Below, one piece after another: positions 11,462-22,985 of a DNA stretch of 64,000 nt. The DNA comes from an uncultured Actinomycetota bacterium. Lineage in GTDB: Bacteria; Actinomycetota; Actinomycetes; Propionibacteriales; Nocardioidaceae. The notes below the pieces were generated by a model, which saw only the letters and a program-made list of their open reading frames with translations, was not told the origin of the DNA and did not search any database. Numbering within the stretch: position 1 is the stretch's first letter; each line of letters begins with the position of its first letter. The position numbers and the translations under genes were made by a program. The stretch is from NCBI GenBank assembly GCA_963761085.1, contig CAVXFQ010000003.1:111026-175025 (forward strand), written 5' to 3'.

Positions 11462-12409
11462 GTGCCTGACCTTGCCAGTGACACCCGTGACTCGATGATC
11501 CGGGCCGTCGGCCTGCGCAAGTCCTTCGGGGAGTTCGAGGCCGTCAAGGGCATCGACATCGACGTACGCCGTGGTGAGGCGTTCGGCTTCCTCGGCCCCA
11601 ACGGCGCCGGCAAGTCGTCGACGATGCGGATGATCGGCGCGGTCTCGCCGGTCAGCGGGGGAGAGCTGCGCATCCTCGGCCTCGACCCGGCGGTGGACGG
11701 CCCGGCGATCCGGGCGCGCCTCGGGGTCTGTCCGCAGGAGGACACCCTCGACAACGAGCTCAACGTCTTCGACAACCTCTACATCTACGGCCGCTACTTC
11801 GGCATCCCCCGGCGCGAGGTGCGAGAGCGGGCCGAGGAGCTGCTCGACTTCGTCCAGCTCACCGACAAGCGGGTCGCCAAGGTCGAGGAGCTCTCCGGCG
11901 GCATGAAGCGCCGGCTCACCATCGCCCGCTCGCTGATCAACCGGCCCGACATCCTGCTCCTCGACGAGCCGACCACCGGCCTCGACCCGCAGGCGCGTCA
12001 CCTGCTCTGGGACCGGTTGTTCCGGCTCAAGCAGCAGGGCGTCACGCTCGTGATCACGACCCACTACATGGACGAGGCGGAGCAGCTCGCCGACCGGCTC
12101 GTGGTGATGGACCGCGGGGTCATCGCGGCCGAGGGCTCGCCGCTCGACCTGATCCGGGCCTACTCCACCCGCGAGGTCGCCGAGCTGCGCTTCCCGGTCG
12201 GCGACCACGACGCGACCGCCGACAAGGTCGCCGACCTCGGCGAGCGGATCGAGGTGCTGCCCGACCGGATCCTGGTCTACAGCGACGACGGCGAGCAGGT
12301 GATCGAGGAGGTCCACAACCGTGGCCTGCGGCCGCTCGCCACACTCGTACGCCGTTCCACGCTGGAGGACGTCTTCCTCCGGCTCACCGGCCGGACGCTG
12401 GTCGACTGA
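11462..12409 (+). CDS. ABC-2 exporter ATP-binding protein (NodI/DrrA-like)
   Basis: GPNGAGKS, LSGGMKRR, LDEPTTGLDPQARH, TTHYMDEAE. Confidence 0.92.
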   Translation: MPDLASDTRDSMIRAVGLRKSFGEFEAVKGIDIDVRRGEAFGFLGPNGAGKSSTMRMIGAVSPVSGGELRILGLDPAVDGPAIRARLGVCPQEDTLDNELNVFDNLYIYGRYFGIPRREVRERAEELLDFVQLTDKRVAKVEELSGGMKRRLTIARSLINRPDILLLDEPTTGLDPQARHLLWDRLFRLKQQGVTLVITTHYMDEAEQLADRLVVMDRGVIAAEGSPLDLIRAYSTREVAELRFPVGDHDATADKVADLGERIEVLPDRILVYSDDGEQVIEEVHNRGLRPLATLVRRSTLEDVFLRLTGRTLVD

Positions 12410-13243
12410 TGGCGACCGCAGTCTCGACCGGTCCGACCGGGTCGGCCCGCGTCGGCCGCCTCTCCCCGGTGACCGGTGCCCTGCGGCAGCTCGACTACTG
12501 GGCGACCTACTACCTCCGCACCTGGAAGGGCTCGATCGTCACGTCCTTCGCCTCGCCGCTGTTCTACGTGCTGGCCATGGGGGTGCTCCTCGGCGGCTTC
12601 GTCCACGCCCCGCCGTCGCAGCTCGACGGAGCGACCTCATACCTCGACTTCGTCGTCCCCGGCCTGATCGCGGCGCAGGCGATGCAGACCGCGGTGGCCG
12701 AGACGACCTATCCGGTGATGTCGGGGATCAAGTGGCAGAAGAGCTTCTACGCCCAGCTCGCGACGCCGTTGGAGACCCGCGACCTGGCCAACGCGATGCT
12801 GGTGTTCACGCTGTTCCGGGTCGGCAGCACCTGCGGCGTCTACTTCCTGGTGATGGCTCCGTTCGGCGTCTTCGCGACGTGGTGGGGCCCGTTCGTGGCG
12901 TGGCTGGCGACGATGCTGACCGGCATGGCGTTCGCCACCTGGACCTTCGCGTTCAGCGCCCACGTCAAGAGCGAGGCGTCGTTCGGCCTGGTCTTCCGGC
13001 TCGGCCTGATCCCGCTGTTCCTCTTCTCGGGGTCGTTCTTCCCGATCAGCAACCTCGGACCGGTCGGTGAGACGGTCGCCCGGCTCACCCCGCTGTGGCA
13101 CGGCGTCAACCTGACCCGGATGTTCTGCCTCGACACCGTCGACTGGCCGCTCGCGGCGGTCAACGCCGCGGTCTTGGTCGGCGTTCGCCGTCGTCGGCTG
13201 GTTCGTCGCGATCCGCACCCTGGGGCGGAGGCTGGCCCAGTGA
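12409..13243 (+). CDS. ABC-2 permease 1 (NodJ-like), frameshift near 13185
   Basis: YLDFVVPGL and FLFSGSFFPI; GTGA overlap at 13240-13243. Confidence 0.85.
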
Positions 13244-14046
13244 CGATCACGACCGCGACCGGCCGGGCCTCGTCGCCGCTGCGCCCGTTCGAGGGCACCC
13301 ACCTGCTGGTCCTGCGCAACTACGTCGTCTACAAGAGCGCCTGGAAGCTGTTCCTGACCGGCTTCCTCGAGCCGGTGTTCTACCTGTTCTCGATCGGCGT
13401 CGGCGTCGGGAAGCTCATCCCGGCCTTCGAGGTCAACGGCCACTCCATCCCCTACGCCGAGTTCGTCGCGCCCGGGATGCTGGCGGCGTCGGCGTTCAAC
13501 GGCGCCCTGCTCGACTCGACGTTCAACGTCTTCTTCAAGCTCAAGTACGAGAAGCTCTACGACCAGATGCTGGCCACGCCGCTGACCACCACCGACATCG
13601 CCCGCGGCGAGATCATCTGGGGCCAGCTGCGCGGGGCGTCCTACTCCGCGGCCTTCCTCGTGGTGATGTGGGCGATGGGTCTGGTCCACTCCTGGTGGGC
13701 GGTGCTGGCCTTCCCGGCGGCCCTGCTGATCGGCTTCGCCTTCAGCGCCGTCTGCATGGGGCTGACGACCTACATGAGCTCCTGGCAGGACTTCGACAAG
13801 ATCACGCTGGTCCAGCTCCCCCTGTTCTTGTTCTCGGCCACGTTCTTCCCGATCACGGCCTTCCACGGCGTGCTGCGGTGGGTCGTCGAGCTCACGCCTC
13901 TTTACCGCGGGGTGGTGCTGTGCCGCGAGCTGACCACCGGCGTGCTCACCTGGGCGTCCGCGGTCTCGGTGGTCTACCTCGTGGTGATGGGGCTGGTCGG
14001 GCTCCTCGTCGTACGACGGCGCCTCGACACCTTGCTCCTCACCTGA
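13240..14046 (+). CDS. ABC-2 permease 2 (NodJ-like)
   Basis: FLEPVFYL, YAEFVAPGML, LFLFSATFFPI. Confidence 0.88.
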   Translation: MTITTATGRASSPLRPFEGTHLLVLRNYVVYKSAWKLFLTGFLEPVFYLFSIGVGVGKLIPAFEVNGHSIPYAEFVAPGMLAASAFNGALLDSTFNVFFKLKYEKLYDQMLATPLTTTDIARGEIIWGQLRGASYSAAFLVVMWAMGLVHSWWAVLAFPAALLIGFAFSAVCMGLTTYMSSWQDFDKITLVQLPLFLFSATFFPITAFHGVLRWVVELTPLYRGVVLCRELTTGVLTWASAVSVVYLVVMGLVGLLVVRRRLDTLLLT

Positions 14047-14049
14047 GCC

Positions 14050-14544
14050 TCAACCGACGAAGTCCTGCGTGGCGTAGGTGACGCCGTTGGTCGCCCGCCA
14101 GCCCGAGACCCCGATCCGGTGGAAGTGCGGGCTCAAGATGTTGGCGCGGTGACCGGGGGAGTGCATCCAGGCCGACACCAGCGCGCGTGGCGTCTCGTAG
14201 CCGTAGGCGATGTTCTCCCCGGCGTACGACGTGTGCGGACAGCCCAGCATCGGGGTCAGGTCCTGGTGGGTCAGGGTCTGGGTGCGGGCCAGGTGACGCG
14301 TCCACGGCTCGGCGAAGCTGTCGGGGCACGGCGCCGCCTTGAGCGGCTTGCGGCCGTGAGACTTGCGGCGGGCGTTGGTCAGCTGCACGACCTTGGCCTC
14401 CCAGGCGTTGCTGCGCGGCTTCACGGACGCGGCGCGGGCGGCCGGGTGAGACGTGGAGGCCGGAGCGGCGTGGGCGACCGCCTGGGCGGCCGGGAGGACG
14501 AGCGCCGCACTGAGCAGGCCGGCGGCCACGGTCGGGAGGTGCAT
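14050..14544 (-). CDS. secreted CAP/SCP domain protein
   Basis: signal peptide; LTNARR, GENIA, WMHSPGHRANIL, TQDF. Confidence 0.9.
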   Translation of the reverse strand: MHLPTVAAGLLSAALVLPAAQAVAHAAPASTSHPAARAASVKPRSNAWEAKVVQLTNARRKSHGRKPLKAAPCPDSFAEPWTRHLARTQTLTHQDLTPMLGCPHTSYAGENIAYGYETPRALVSAWMHSPGHRANILSPHFHRIGVSGWRATNGVTYATQDFVG

Positions 14545-14613
14545 GGGGGCTCCGGGACGTCGGCGAGGGACACGGGGGAGTCCCCAGGGTAGGCGAGGCC
14601 GTAGGGTCGCGCC

Positions 14614-14997
14614 GTGCGGTTCGAGATGTCGCGGGCGGCCCTGCCCGTCCAGCTGCTGCTGAGCGCCCTCGGGGCGCCTCCTGCCTGGCGCCGGGTCGAG
14701 CTGACCAGGTCCACGTTGACGGTGCGGCTCGGCTGGCTCTTCACGCTGACGGTGCCACGGTCGTCGATCGTCTCCGCCGCCGAGGACCACGGGCCCGTTA
14801 CCGGGATCGGCGCCCATGGCTGGAACGGCCGCTGGCTGGTCAACACCAGCACCCGTGGGCTGCTCCGGATCGAGCTCGACCCGGTCGGTCATGGTCTTGT
14901 GATCGGGGTTCCGATCGGGGTACGAGTGCTGCGCGTCGGTCTCGCCGACCCCACGTCGTTCCTCGCGTCGCTGGGACACGGGACGACGACCGGATGA
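14614..14997 (+). CDS. hypothetical protein (PH-like)
   Basis: GIGAHGWNGRWLVN motif seen in small actinobacterial proteins; GC3-biased ORF. Confidence 0.6.
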   Translation: MRFEMSRAALPVQLLLSALGAPPAWRRVELTRSTLTVRLGWLFTLTVPRSSIVSAAEDHGPVTGIGAHGWNGRWLVNTSTRGLLRIELDPVGHGLVIGVPIGVRVLRVGLADPTSFLASLGHGTTTG

Positions 14998-15019
14998 CCG
15001 CGAGCGAGAGGACGGGACG

Positions 15020-16170
15020 TTGACCGACAGGGCGGCGCAGATCGAGCCGGACGCCAAGGACTGGACCTGGGTGCTCGAGCGCCGGTGCGACGAGTGCGGG
15101 CTGCGACGCCTCCGTCGTCGACCGGCACGACCTGCCGCACGCCTTCCGCACGAACGCCCGGGTGTGGCTCGCACTGCTCGCCGACCCCGCGGCGGCCGAG
15201 CGGGCTCGCCCGGACCGGTGGTCGCTGCTGGAGTACGCCTGCCACGTCCACGACGTCCACCAGGTCTTCCACGACCGGGTGACCTCGATGCTCGCCGAGG
15301 ACACCCCGCACTTCGCCGACTGGGACCAGGACGCCGCGGCCGCTCGAGCACGACTACGCCGGCCAGCTGCCCTCGATCGTCGGTCCGACGCTGGTCGCGT
15401 CCGCCTACGCCGTCGGCGACCTCTACGCATCGGTGCCACCGCTCGCCTGGCAGCGACGGGGAGTGCGCAGCAACGGCAGCGAGTTCACCGTCGAGACCCT
15501 GGGCCGCTACCACCTGCACGACGTGGTCCACCACCTCCACGACGTGCGCGCAGCGGCGGGCGCGGCCACGGTGCGAGCCTACGACGACTTCGCCGCGGAG
15601 TACGCCGCGAGCCACGACGAGCTGCCGGGGGCGGTGGCCGACCGCGGTCGGCACGGCTGGCCGCGCTGCTGCCGCCGGGGTCACGGGTGCTCGAGATCGG
15701 CAGCGCCGGCGGCCGCGACGCCGAGGCGCTCGAGCAGGCGGGCCTGGTCGTCCGGCGTACGGACATCACGGCGGGTTCGTCCGGATGCTCGAGGAGGCCG
15801 GCCACCGAGCCGACGTCGTCGACCCGCTCACCGACGACCTCGCCGACACCGCCGCGCCCGGCACGCCGTACGACGCGGTGTGGGCCAACGCCTCGCTGCT
15901 CCACGTCGACCGGGCCGACCTGGCCACCGCTCCTGAGCCGGCTGGCGGAGGCCACCCGGCCGGGCGGTCTGCTGCACCTGACGCTCAAGGAGGGCGACGG
16001 CGAGGGCTGGTCGACCCACGGCGACGTCGCCGCACCCGCGCTACTTCACCTACTGGCGCGAGGATGCGCTCCGCCAGGCCCTGGCCGACGCCGGGTGGTC
16101 GGTCGAGCACCTCGCGTGAGCACGAGAGACGACGAGGCCTGGCTCGAGGTCCTGGCGACGCGCGCGATGA
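15020..16170 (+). CDS. DinB-family domain fused to class I SAM methyltransferase, frameshifted
   Basis: KDWTWVL..C.EC, WSLLEYACHVHDV, HDVVHHLHD; continues in frame to AYDDFA, then VLEIGSAGGRD and YDAVWANASLLHV. Confidence 0.78.
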
Positions 16171-16361
16171 GGCTGACGGAGTTCTGGGCGCGGATGGAGG
16201 CGGCCCTCGGGCCGGCCTACGCTCGCGCCTGGGCGGACCGGGTCGTCATCGGTGAGCTCGGGTCGCGCACCGTGACCGAGGCCCTCGCCGCCGGCGAGCC
16301 GGCCAAGAGCGTGTGGGCGGCGGTCTGGCGGGCGCTCGAGCTGCCGGCCTCGGAACGTTAG
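16167..16361 (+). CDS. DUF3046 domain protein
   Basis: MRLTEFWARMEAALG...LGSRTVTEALAAG; usual position upstream of actinobacterial recA. Confidence 0.88.
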   Translation: MRLTEFWARMEAALGPAYARAWADRVVIGELGSRTVTEALAAGEPAKSVWAAVWRALELPASER

Positions 16362-17380
16362 GCCGAGCCGCTTCTCGAACTCGCCCCACACCTGGTGGAC
16401 GGTGAAGCCCAGCGTCTCGTTGATCGCGACCATGTGGGCGTTGGTCTCGGCGTTGCTGGTGCCGATGTAGTCGCGGTCGGGGAAGCGCTCGGCCAGCAGC
16501 CGCAGCTGGGCGCACCTTGACCGCCATCCCGAGCCGGTGGCCGCGGTGGTCGGGGTGGACCAGCGTGCCGTACTGGTCGACGTGTCGGGCATCTCCGCCC
16601 GGCACCGACGCATCGGCGTACGCGACGACGACGCCGTCGCGCACGGCGAAAGCGCTGACCGCGCGTCCGTCCCGCGGCCGCGCGCTCGTCGCTCCAGGGC
16701 GGCGAGGTCGTCGACGGTGTTGGCGCGCGCCTCCAGCTCGAGGTCGCCGTCGGGGCATCTCGACCACCAGCAGGTTCTCCAGTGTCGACGTACGACGGCG
16801 CGCAGCTCGGCAGGGACGTGGCCGACGACCGCACGGATCTCGTAGTCGCGGTGGTGGGGCGCGGCCTCGGCCGCGAGCCGGTCGAGGAGACTCGGGTCGA
16901 CCGGGAGGGGCGAGGCGCCGCTCGATCTCGGTGAGTGGCGAGGGGGTAGCCGTGGGCTCTCGGCGAAGGCTCGGTTGCCGTTCGTGACCCTCGACCGACC
17001 CGGGCCTGGACGTCGGCAGGACGGTGCGGCCGCGGACCGGCGCGCGTGCTCCTCCGCGTGGGCGAGCAGGCGGGTGCCGTGCCCCTGCCGCTGGTGGGCG
17101 GGGTCGACCCAGAGCAGGAGCTGGCGCCAGGTGCAGGTTGTCGCGCGTGACCGCCGCATGAGCATCGACTCGCCCACCATCCGCCCGTCGACGTAGCGCG
17201 CCGAACGCGTCGAAGAAGCTCGCGGTGTCGCTCGAGGTGAGCATCGCGACGGCGTCCTCGCGCGAGTAGAGCCTGCGCGTCGGGGTCCTCGGCGCGCTCG
17301 GCCGCGGCGTACACGTCCTGGAAGGCGTCCATGTCCGCGTCGTCGTGCGGGTCGACCGGGCGGATCTCGAGCTCGGGCAC
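16358..17380 (-). CDS. tandem GNAT acetyltransferase, frameshifted
   Basis: VDPAHQRQGHG, VHPDHRGHRLG, TSNAETNAHMVAINETLGF. Confidence 0.82.
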   Translation of the reverse strand: MPELEIRPVDPHDDADMDAFQDVYAAAERAEDPDAQALLARGRRRDAHLERHRELLRRVRRATSTGGWWASRCSCGGHARQPAPGASSCSGSTPPTSGRGTAPACSPTRRSTRAGPRPHRPADVQARVGRGSRTATEPSPRAHGYPLATHRDRAAPRPSRSTRVSSTGSRPRPRPTTATTRSVRSSATSLPSCAPSYVDTGEPAGGRDAPTATSSWRRAPTPSTTSPPWSDERAAAGRTRGQRFRRARRRRRRVRRCVGAGRRCPTRRPVRHAGPPRPPRPPARDGGQGAPSCGCWPSASPTATTSAPATPRPTPTWSRSTRRWASPSTRCGASSRSGSA

Positions 17381-17448
17381 GGTCGCTCACCGTGCCGAGC
17401 GGCGGCGGCGCCCGCGCAACCGGGATTGTGCGGCGTGTCGGGTCGGGA

Positions 17449-17464
17449 TCGAACACGTGTTCGG
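17449..17464 (+). promoter_or_regulatory. LexA (SOS) box upstream of recA
   Basis: TCGAAC-acgt-GTTCGG, one mismatch to actinobacterial TCGAAC-N4-GTTCGA. Confidence 0.85.
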
Positions 17465-17532
17465 GTTAGATGGTGCGCACAGACGGCCCCGGTCCGGGGT
17501 CATCCACAGCCCCCGCGCTGGTCCGAGCGGGT

Positions 17533-17554
17533 TGTCGGTGGCCCGGTCTAGCGT
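17533..17554 (+). promoter_or_regulatory. PafBC (RecA-NDp) promoter of recA
   Basis: exact TGTCGG-tggcccggtc-TA-gcg-T. Confidence 0.88.
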
Positions 17555-17631
17555 CTGGCCCGACGACGAAGACCGCAATCCGTTACCCCGACGACCGACG
17601 GGACCACGATCCCGGACAAGGATGGACAGAC

Positions 17632-18680
<1,049 letters not shown>

Positions 18681-18691
<11 letters not shown>

Positions 18692-19266
18692 GGCCTGGCG
18701 CGGCGATGTCGGGGTGGGGGTTCGCGCCTGGGCGGGCGAGCCGCCTCCCGACCCGGTCGCCGAGGGTCCCGACGCCGACCCCGAGTCGGTGGCCCGCAAG
18801 ATCCTGCTCGACGCCCTGACCGGCCAGGCGCGCAGCCGTCACGACCTGCGCCAGCGCCTCGCCAAGAAGCAGGTGCCCGACGACCTGGCCGAGCGGCTGC
18901 TCGACCGGTTCACCGAGGTCGGACTCGTCGACGACGCCGCGTTCGCGCGCTCCTGGGTGGAGAGCCGACAGCGCAGCCGCGGTCTCGCCCGGCGCGCGCT
19001 GGCCCAAGAGCTGCGTCGCAAGGGCGTCGACGACGAGACCGCCCGGGCCGCGCTCGACGAGGTCGACCCCGACGACGAGGAGGCGGCCGCCCGCGAGCTG
19101 GTCCGCAAGAAGCTGCGGTCGATGCGCGGGGTCGACGCGCACCACCGCGACCCGGCGGCTGGTGGGCATGCTCGGCCGCAAGGGCTACTCCCCGGGGCTC
19201 TCGTTCGCCGTGGTCCGCGGCGAGCTCGGCGCGCTCGACGACGGATCCGACATGATGGAGCAGTGA
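18681..19266 (+). CDS. recX: RecA regulator RecX, frameshift near 19145
   Basis: [31 protein letters not shown]; overlaps the recA end. Confidence 0.92.
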
Positions 19267-20107
19267 ACCCCCACCTCCACCGCCTGTCGCCTGGCGCTGT
19301 CGATCTCTCCGCCATCCCGACCGACGCCAGCCCCGGCTTCGACGGCGGGAAGACCAAGGGGAAGGCGGCCCTGTTCGCCCTCGGCGACGAGCTGTCCGAC
19401 CTGCAGGAGCGGCTCTGGGCGGAGAAGACGACGGGGTCACCGCGCCGGGTGCTGCTGGTGCTCCAGGGCATGGACACCTCCGGGAAGGGCGGGGTGCTGC
19501 GCCACACCGTCGGCCTCGTCGACCCGCAAGGCGTCAAGATCACCAGCTTCAAGGCGCCGACCGACGAGGAGCGCCAGCCACCACTTCCTGTGGCGGATCC
19601 GCAACGCACTGCCCCACCCGGGCTACCTCGGGGTCTTCGACCGGTCCCACTACGAGGACGTGCTGATCGTCCGGGTCCACGACCAGGTCGATCTCCGCAC
19701 GGTGGAGAGCAGATACGACCAGATCAACGACGTTCGAGGCCGAGCTCGCCGCCGCAGGGCGTGGTCATCGTCAAGTGCATGCTCCACATCAGTGCCGCCG
19801 AGCAGCGCGCGCGGCTGCTGGCCAGGCTCGACAACGAGGACAAGTACTGGAAGTTCAACCCCGGCGACATCGACGAGCGTCGAGCGGTGGAGCGACTACC
19901 AGTCGGCCTACGAGGTGGCCCTCGAGCGCACCAACACCGAGATCGCGCCCTGGTACGTCGTACCGTCCGACAAGAAGTGGTATCGCAACCTGGTGATCGG
20001 CCGGCTCCTGCTCGACCACCTGCGCGGCATGGCCCTGACGCTGGCCGCCGCCCGACTTCGACGTCGAGGAGCAGCGCAAGCGCCTGCTCGACGAGGGCCC
20101 GGTGTGA
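19263..20107 (+). CDS. ppk2: PPK2 family polyphosphate:nucleotide phosphotransferase, frameshifted
   Basis: LQGMDTSGKGG, SFKAPT, FDRSHYEDVL, PWYVVPSDKKWYRN. Confidence 0.9.
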
Positions 20108-20869
20108 TCGACACCGTCGCGGTCACCCGCTACGTCACCCCGCTGCGCGAGGGCGGCAGCCTGCCGGGGCTGGTCGAGGGCGACGACCTCGGCACCTACG
20201 TCTGCAAGTTCCGCGGCGCCGGCCAGGGGGTGCGCGTGCTGGTCGCCGAGGTGATCGTCAGCGGCCTGGCGGTCCGGCTCGGCCTGCGCACGCCCCGGCT
20301 GGTGGCCCTCGAGCTCGACCCGCAGATCGCCCGCTACGAGGCCGACGAGGAGGTGCAGGACCTCCTCAACGCCAGCCCCGGGCTCAACCTGGGCATCGAC
20401 TTCCTGCCGGGCGCGTTCGGCTACGAGGGCGAGACCTCGACTGCCAGCCGACGTCGCCGCGCGGGTGCTCTGGCTCGACGCCTTCACCGCCAACGTCGAC
20501 CGCACCTGGCGCAACCCCAACCTCCTGCTGTGGCACGACGACCTGTGGGTCATCGACCACGGCGCCGTCCCTCTACTTCCACCACGGCTGGTCGGGCGGC
20601 GTCGGAGACCCGGCTCGGTTCGCCCAGCAGCCGTGGGACGTGCGCGACCACGTGTTCGGCGCGCATCTCGACCTGCTCCCCGGCGGTCGACGACTCGGTC
20701 TCGGCTGACCGCTGCCGACCTGACAGAGGTGGTCGCCGAGGTGCCCGACGCCTGGCTCGAGCCGGTGCCGGGCGCAGAGTCGGCGGCCGCGCTGCGCTCG
20801 GCCTACGTCGAGTTCCTCACCGCCCGGCTCGCGACCCGCGCCTGGCTGCCGAGGGCGAGCGCCGCATGA
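20104..20869 (+). CDS. HipA-like Ser/Thr kinase, frameshifted
   Basis: TRYVTPLREGGSLPG, VCKFRGAGQG, NVDRTWRNPNLL, IDHG. Confidence 0.85.
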
Positions 20870-21256
20870 GCGCCGGCCAGCATGCCCTACCAGTACGTCG
20901 TGCTGCGGTGCGTGCCGCGCGTCGACCGCGAGGAGTTCCTCAACGTCGGCGTGGTGCTCTACTGCGAGGAGGCCGCCTTCCTCGCAGGTCGCCTGGCACG
21001 TCGACCGCGAGCGGCTCGCCGTCCTCGACCCGCGGCTCGACCTCGACGCGGTCTGCGACGGGTTGACCTTCGTGGAGGGCGTGTGTCGCGGCGACGAGTC
21101 GCGTCGGCGCCGCCGCCGGCGCAGCCGGCCGGCACCCGCTTCGGCTTCCTCAAGGCTCCCCGCAGCACTGTCCTCCAGCCCGGGCCGGTGCACGGCGGCA
21201 TGACCTCCGACCCGGCCCGCCAGCTGGAGCACCTGCTGGAGCGGCTGGTCGGCTAG
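20866..21256 (+). CDS. DUF3037 domain protein, frameshifted
   Basis: YQYVVLRCVPRVDREEFLNVGVVL, RFGFLKAPRSTVLQPGPVHGG. Confidence 0.88.
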
Positions 21257-21996
21257 ACCGGGACCAGCTCGACCGCGCCGACGGCGTAGCGGGCCAGGAT
21301 GGTGCGGGCCACGGCCTCGTGGACGCCCAGCGGCTCGGCGACGGCGACGGCTCCGGCCTCGAGCGCGAGCTCCTTGGCGCGGTCGGGCAGGAAGCCCGGC
21401 GCCAGGAACAGCGAGGCGACGGCGATGTGGCGGCGGCCCTCCTTGCGGAAGGCGCGCACCGCCTCGCCGGTGGCCGGAGGCGCGGACGAGGCGAAGGCCG
21501 CGGTCACCGGCAGCTTGTGGTGGGAGCCCCACAGGCGTGCCAGGCGGGCGACGGACTGGTTGGCCAGGGCGTCGCTCGACCCGGCGGCCGCGAGCACCAG
21601 CGCGTCGAGCTCGCGCACCCGGGCCTCCTTGAGCGCCTCGCGCATCCGGACGTCGAGCACCTCGAGGAAGCAGGCCTCGAGGCCGAGGATCGAGGTGGCG
21701 CGCACCTGGACGTGCTCGTGGCGGGCGTCGGCCGCGGCCACGGCGGCCGGTACGTCGACCTGGGCGTGGTAGGCGTCGGTGAGCAGGAGCGGGACGACCA
21801 CGACCTCCTCGAACCGGGCGCGGGCGAGCTTGTCGACGACCGTGTCGAGCGACGGCTTGGACAGGTCGAGGAACGCGGTCTCGATCCGGAGGTCCGGGCG
21901 CAGGGCGCGGACCTCCTGGACCAGGGCCTTGATCGTGGCGGCGGACCTCGGGTCACGACTTCCGTGAGCCAGGGCCACCAGGGCAGGAGCGGCCAT
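21253..21996 (-). CDS. sirohydrochlorin chelatase (CbiX/SirB)
   Basis: AHGSRDP, AFLD, VPLLLTDAYHA, SLFLAPG. Confidence 0.9.
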   Translation of the reverse strand: MAAPALVALAHGSRDPRSAATIKALVQEVRALRPDLRIETAFLDLSKPSLDTVVDKLARARFEEVVVVPLLLTDAYHAQVDVPAAVAAADARHEHVQVRATSILGLEACFLEVLDVRMREALKEARVRELDALVLAAAGSSDALANQSVARLARLWGSHHKLPVTAAFASSAPPATGEAVRAFRKEGRRHIAVASLFLAPGFLPDRAKELALEAGAVAVAEPLGVHEAVARTILARYAVGAVELVPV

Positions 21997-22078
21997 CAGG
22001 AGGGCCTCCCTTCGTGAGTCACCTTCGGTGCTGGGTGACCGACGACGCTGTCGATCTGGTGCGGGTTCGCGGGGCGGG

Positions 22079-22829
22079 TCACCAGTGGATCCCGCACTCG
22101 GTCTTGGGGGTGCCGGCCCAGCGCCCGCTGCGCGGGTCGTCGCCGGGGGCGACCCTGCGGGTGCAGGGCGCACAGCCGATGGAGGGGTAGCCGTCGTAGG
22201 CGAGGGGGTTGACCAGCACGCCGTGCTCGTCGATGTAGCGGTCGACGTCGTCGTCGGTCCACCGGGCGAGCGGGGAGACCTTGACCTTGCCCTTCTTGGC
22301 GTCCCAGCCCGACCACCGGCGCGATCGCCCGGTTGTGGGTCTCGGCTCGCCGCAGGCCGGTGGCCCAGGCGTCGTACTGCACGCAGCGTCTGCTGGAGCG
22401 GGATGACCTTGCGCAGCTCGCAGCACAGGTCGGGGTCGCGCCGGTGGAGCTCCGGGCCGTACTGCGGCGTCCTGCTCGGCCACGGTCTGCGACCGGGGTG
22501 ATCGGGATCAGGTTGACGTCCATCGTGGCGCCGACCGCGTCGGCGGTGCCGATCGTCTCCGCGAAGTGGTAGCCGGTGTCGAGGAAGACCACGTCGACGC
22601 CGGGGGCGACCCGGGCCGCCACGTGGGCGAGGACGGCGTCGCCCATCGACGAGGTGATGCAGAAGCGCCCGCCGAAGGTCGCGACCGCCCACTCGACGAT
22701 GTCCTCGGCCGGCGCGAGCTCCAGCTCGGCCCCGACGTGGGAGACCAGCTCGCGGAGCTCCTCGGGACTGCGGCCCTCGGTGTGGGTGCCGCGGAACTTC
22801 CGGGCCTGTTCGGTGCTCAGCGCGGTCAC
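22079..22829 (-). CDS. cysH: phosphoadenylyl-sulfate (APS/PAPS) reductase, frameshifted
   Basis: FLDTGYHF, CCELRKV, GYPSIGCAPCT, KTECGIH. Confidence 0.93.
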
Positions 22830-22984
22830 CTCTCGACTCCCGTCGGTCGGACCAGACCGAGCAGCTTCAGCGAGAAGGCTCTCAGACATGCGCGGCACTC
22901 CCAGGACCCGTGTGCCCCCTCGTGAGGACGCAGGTCCTGGTCCCCACAGTACGGGCAGTGGAACGGCACGGCGCGCTCGGTCAT
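22826..22984 (-). CDS. small Zn-ribbon protein of the actinobacterial sirA-cysH operon (52 aa)
   Basis: MTERAVPFHCPYCGDQDLRP...WECRACLRAF. Confidence 0.85.
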   Translation of the reverse strand: MTERAVPFHCPYCGDQDLRPHEGAHGSWECRACLRAFSLKLLGLVRPTGVER

Positions 22985-22985
22985 G

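Noticed and set aside
12409-14046. 545-aa fused double ABC-2 permease
   Set aside because: A GTGA overlap at 13240-13243 and an indel near 13185 explain it as two genes.
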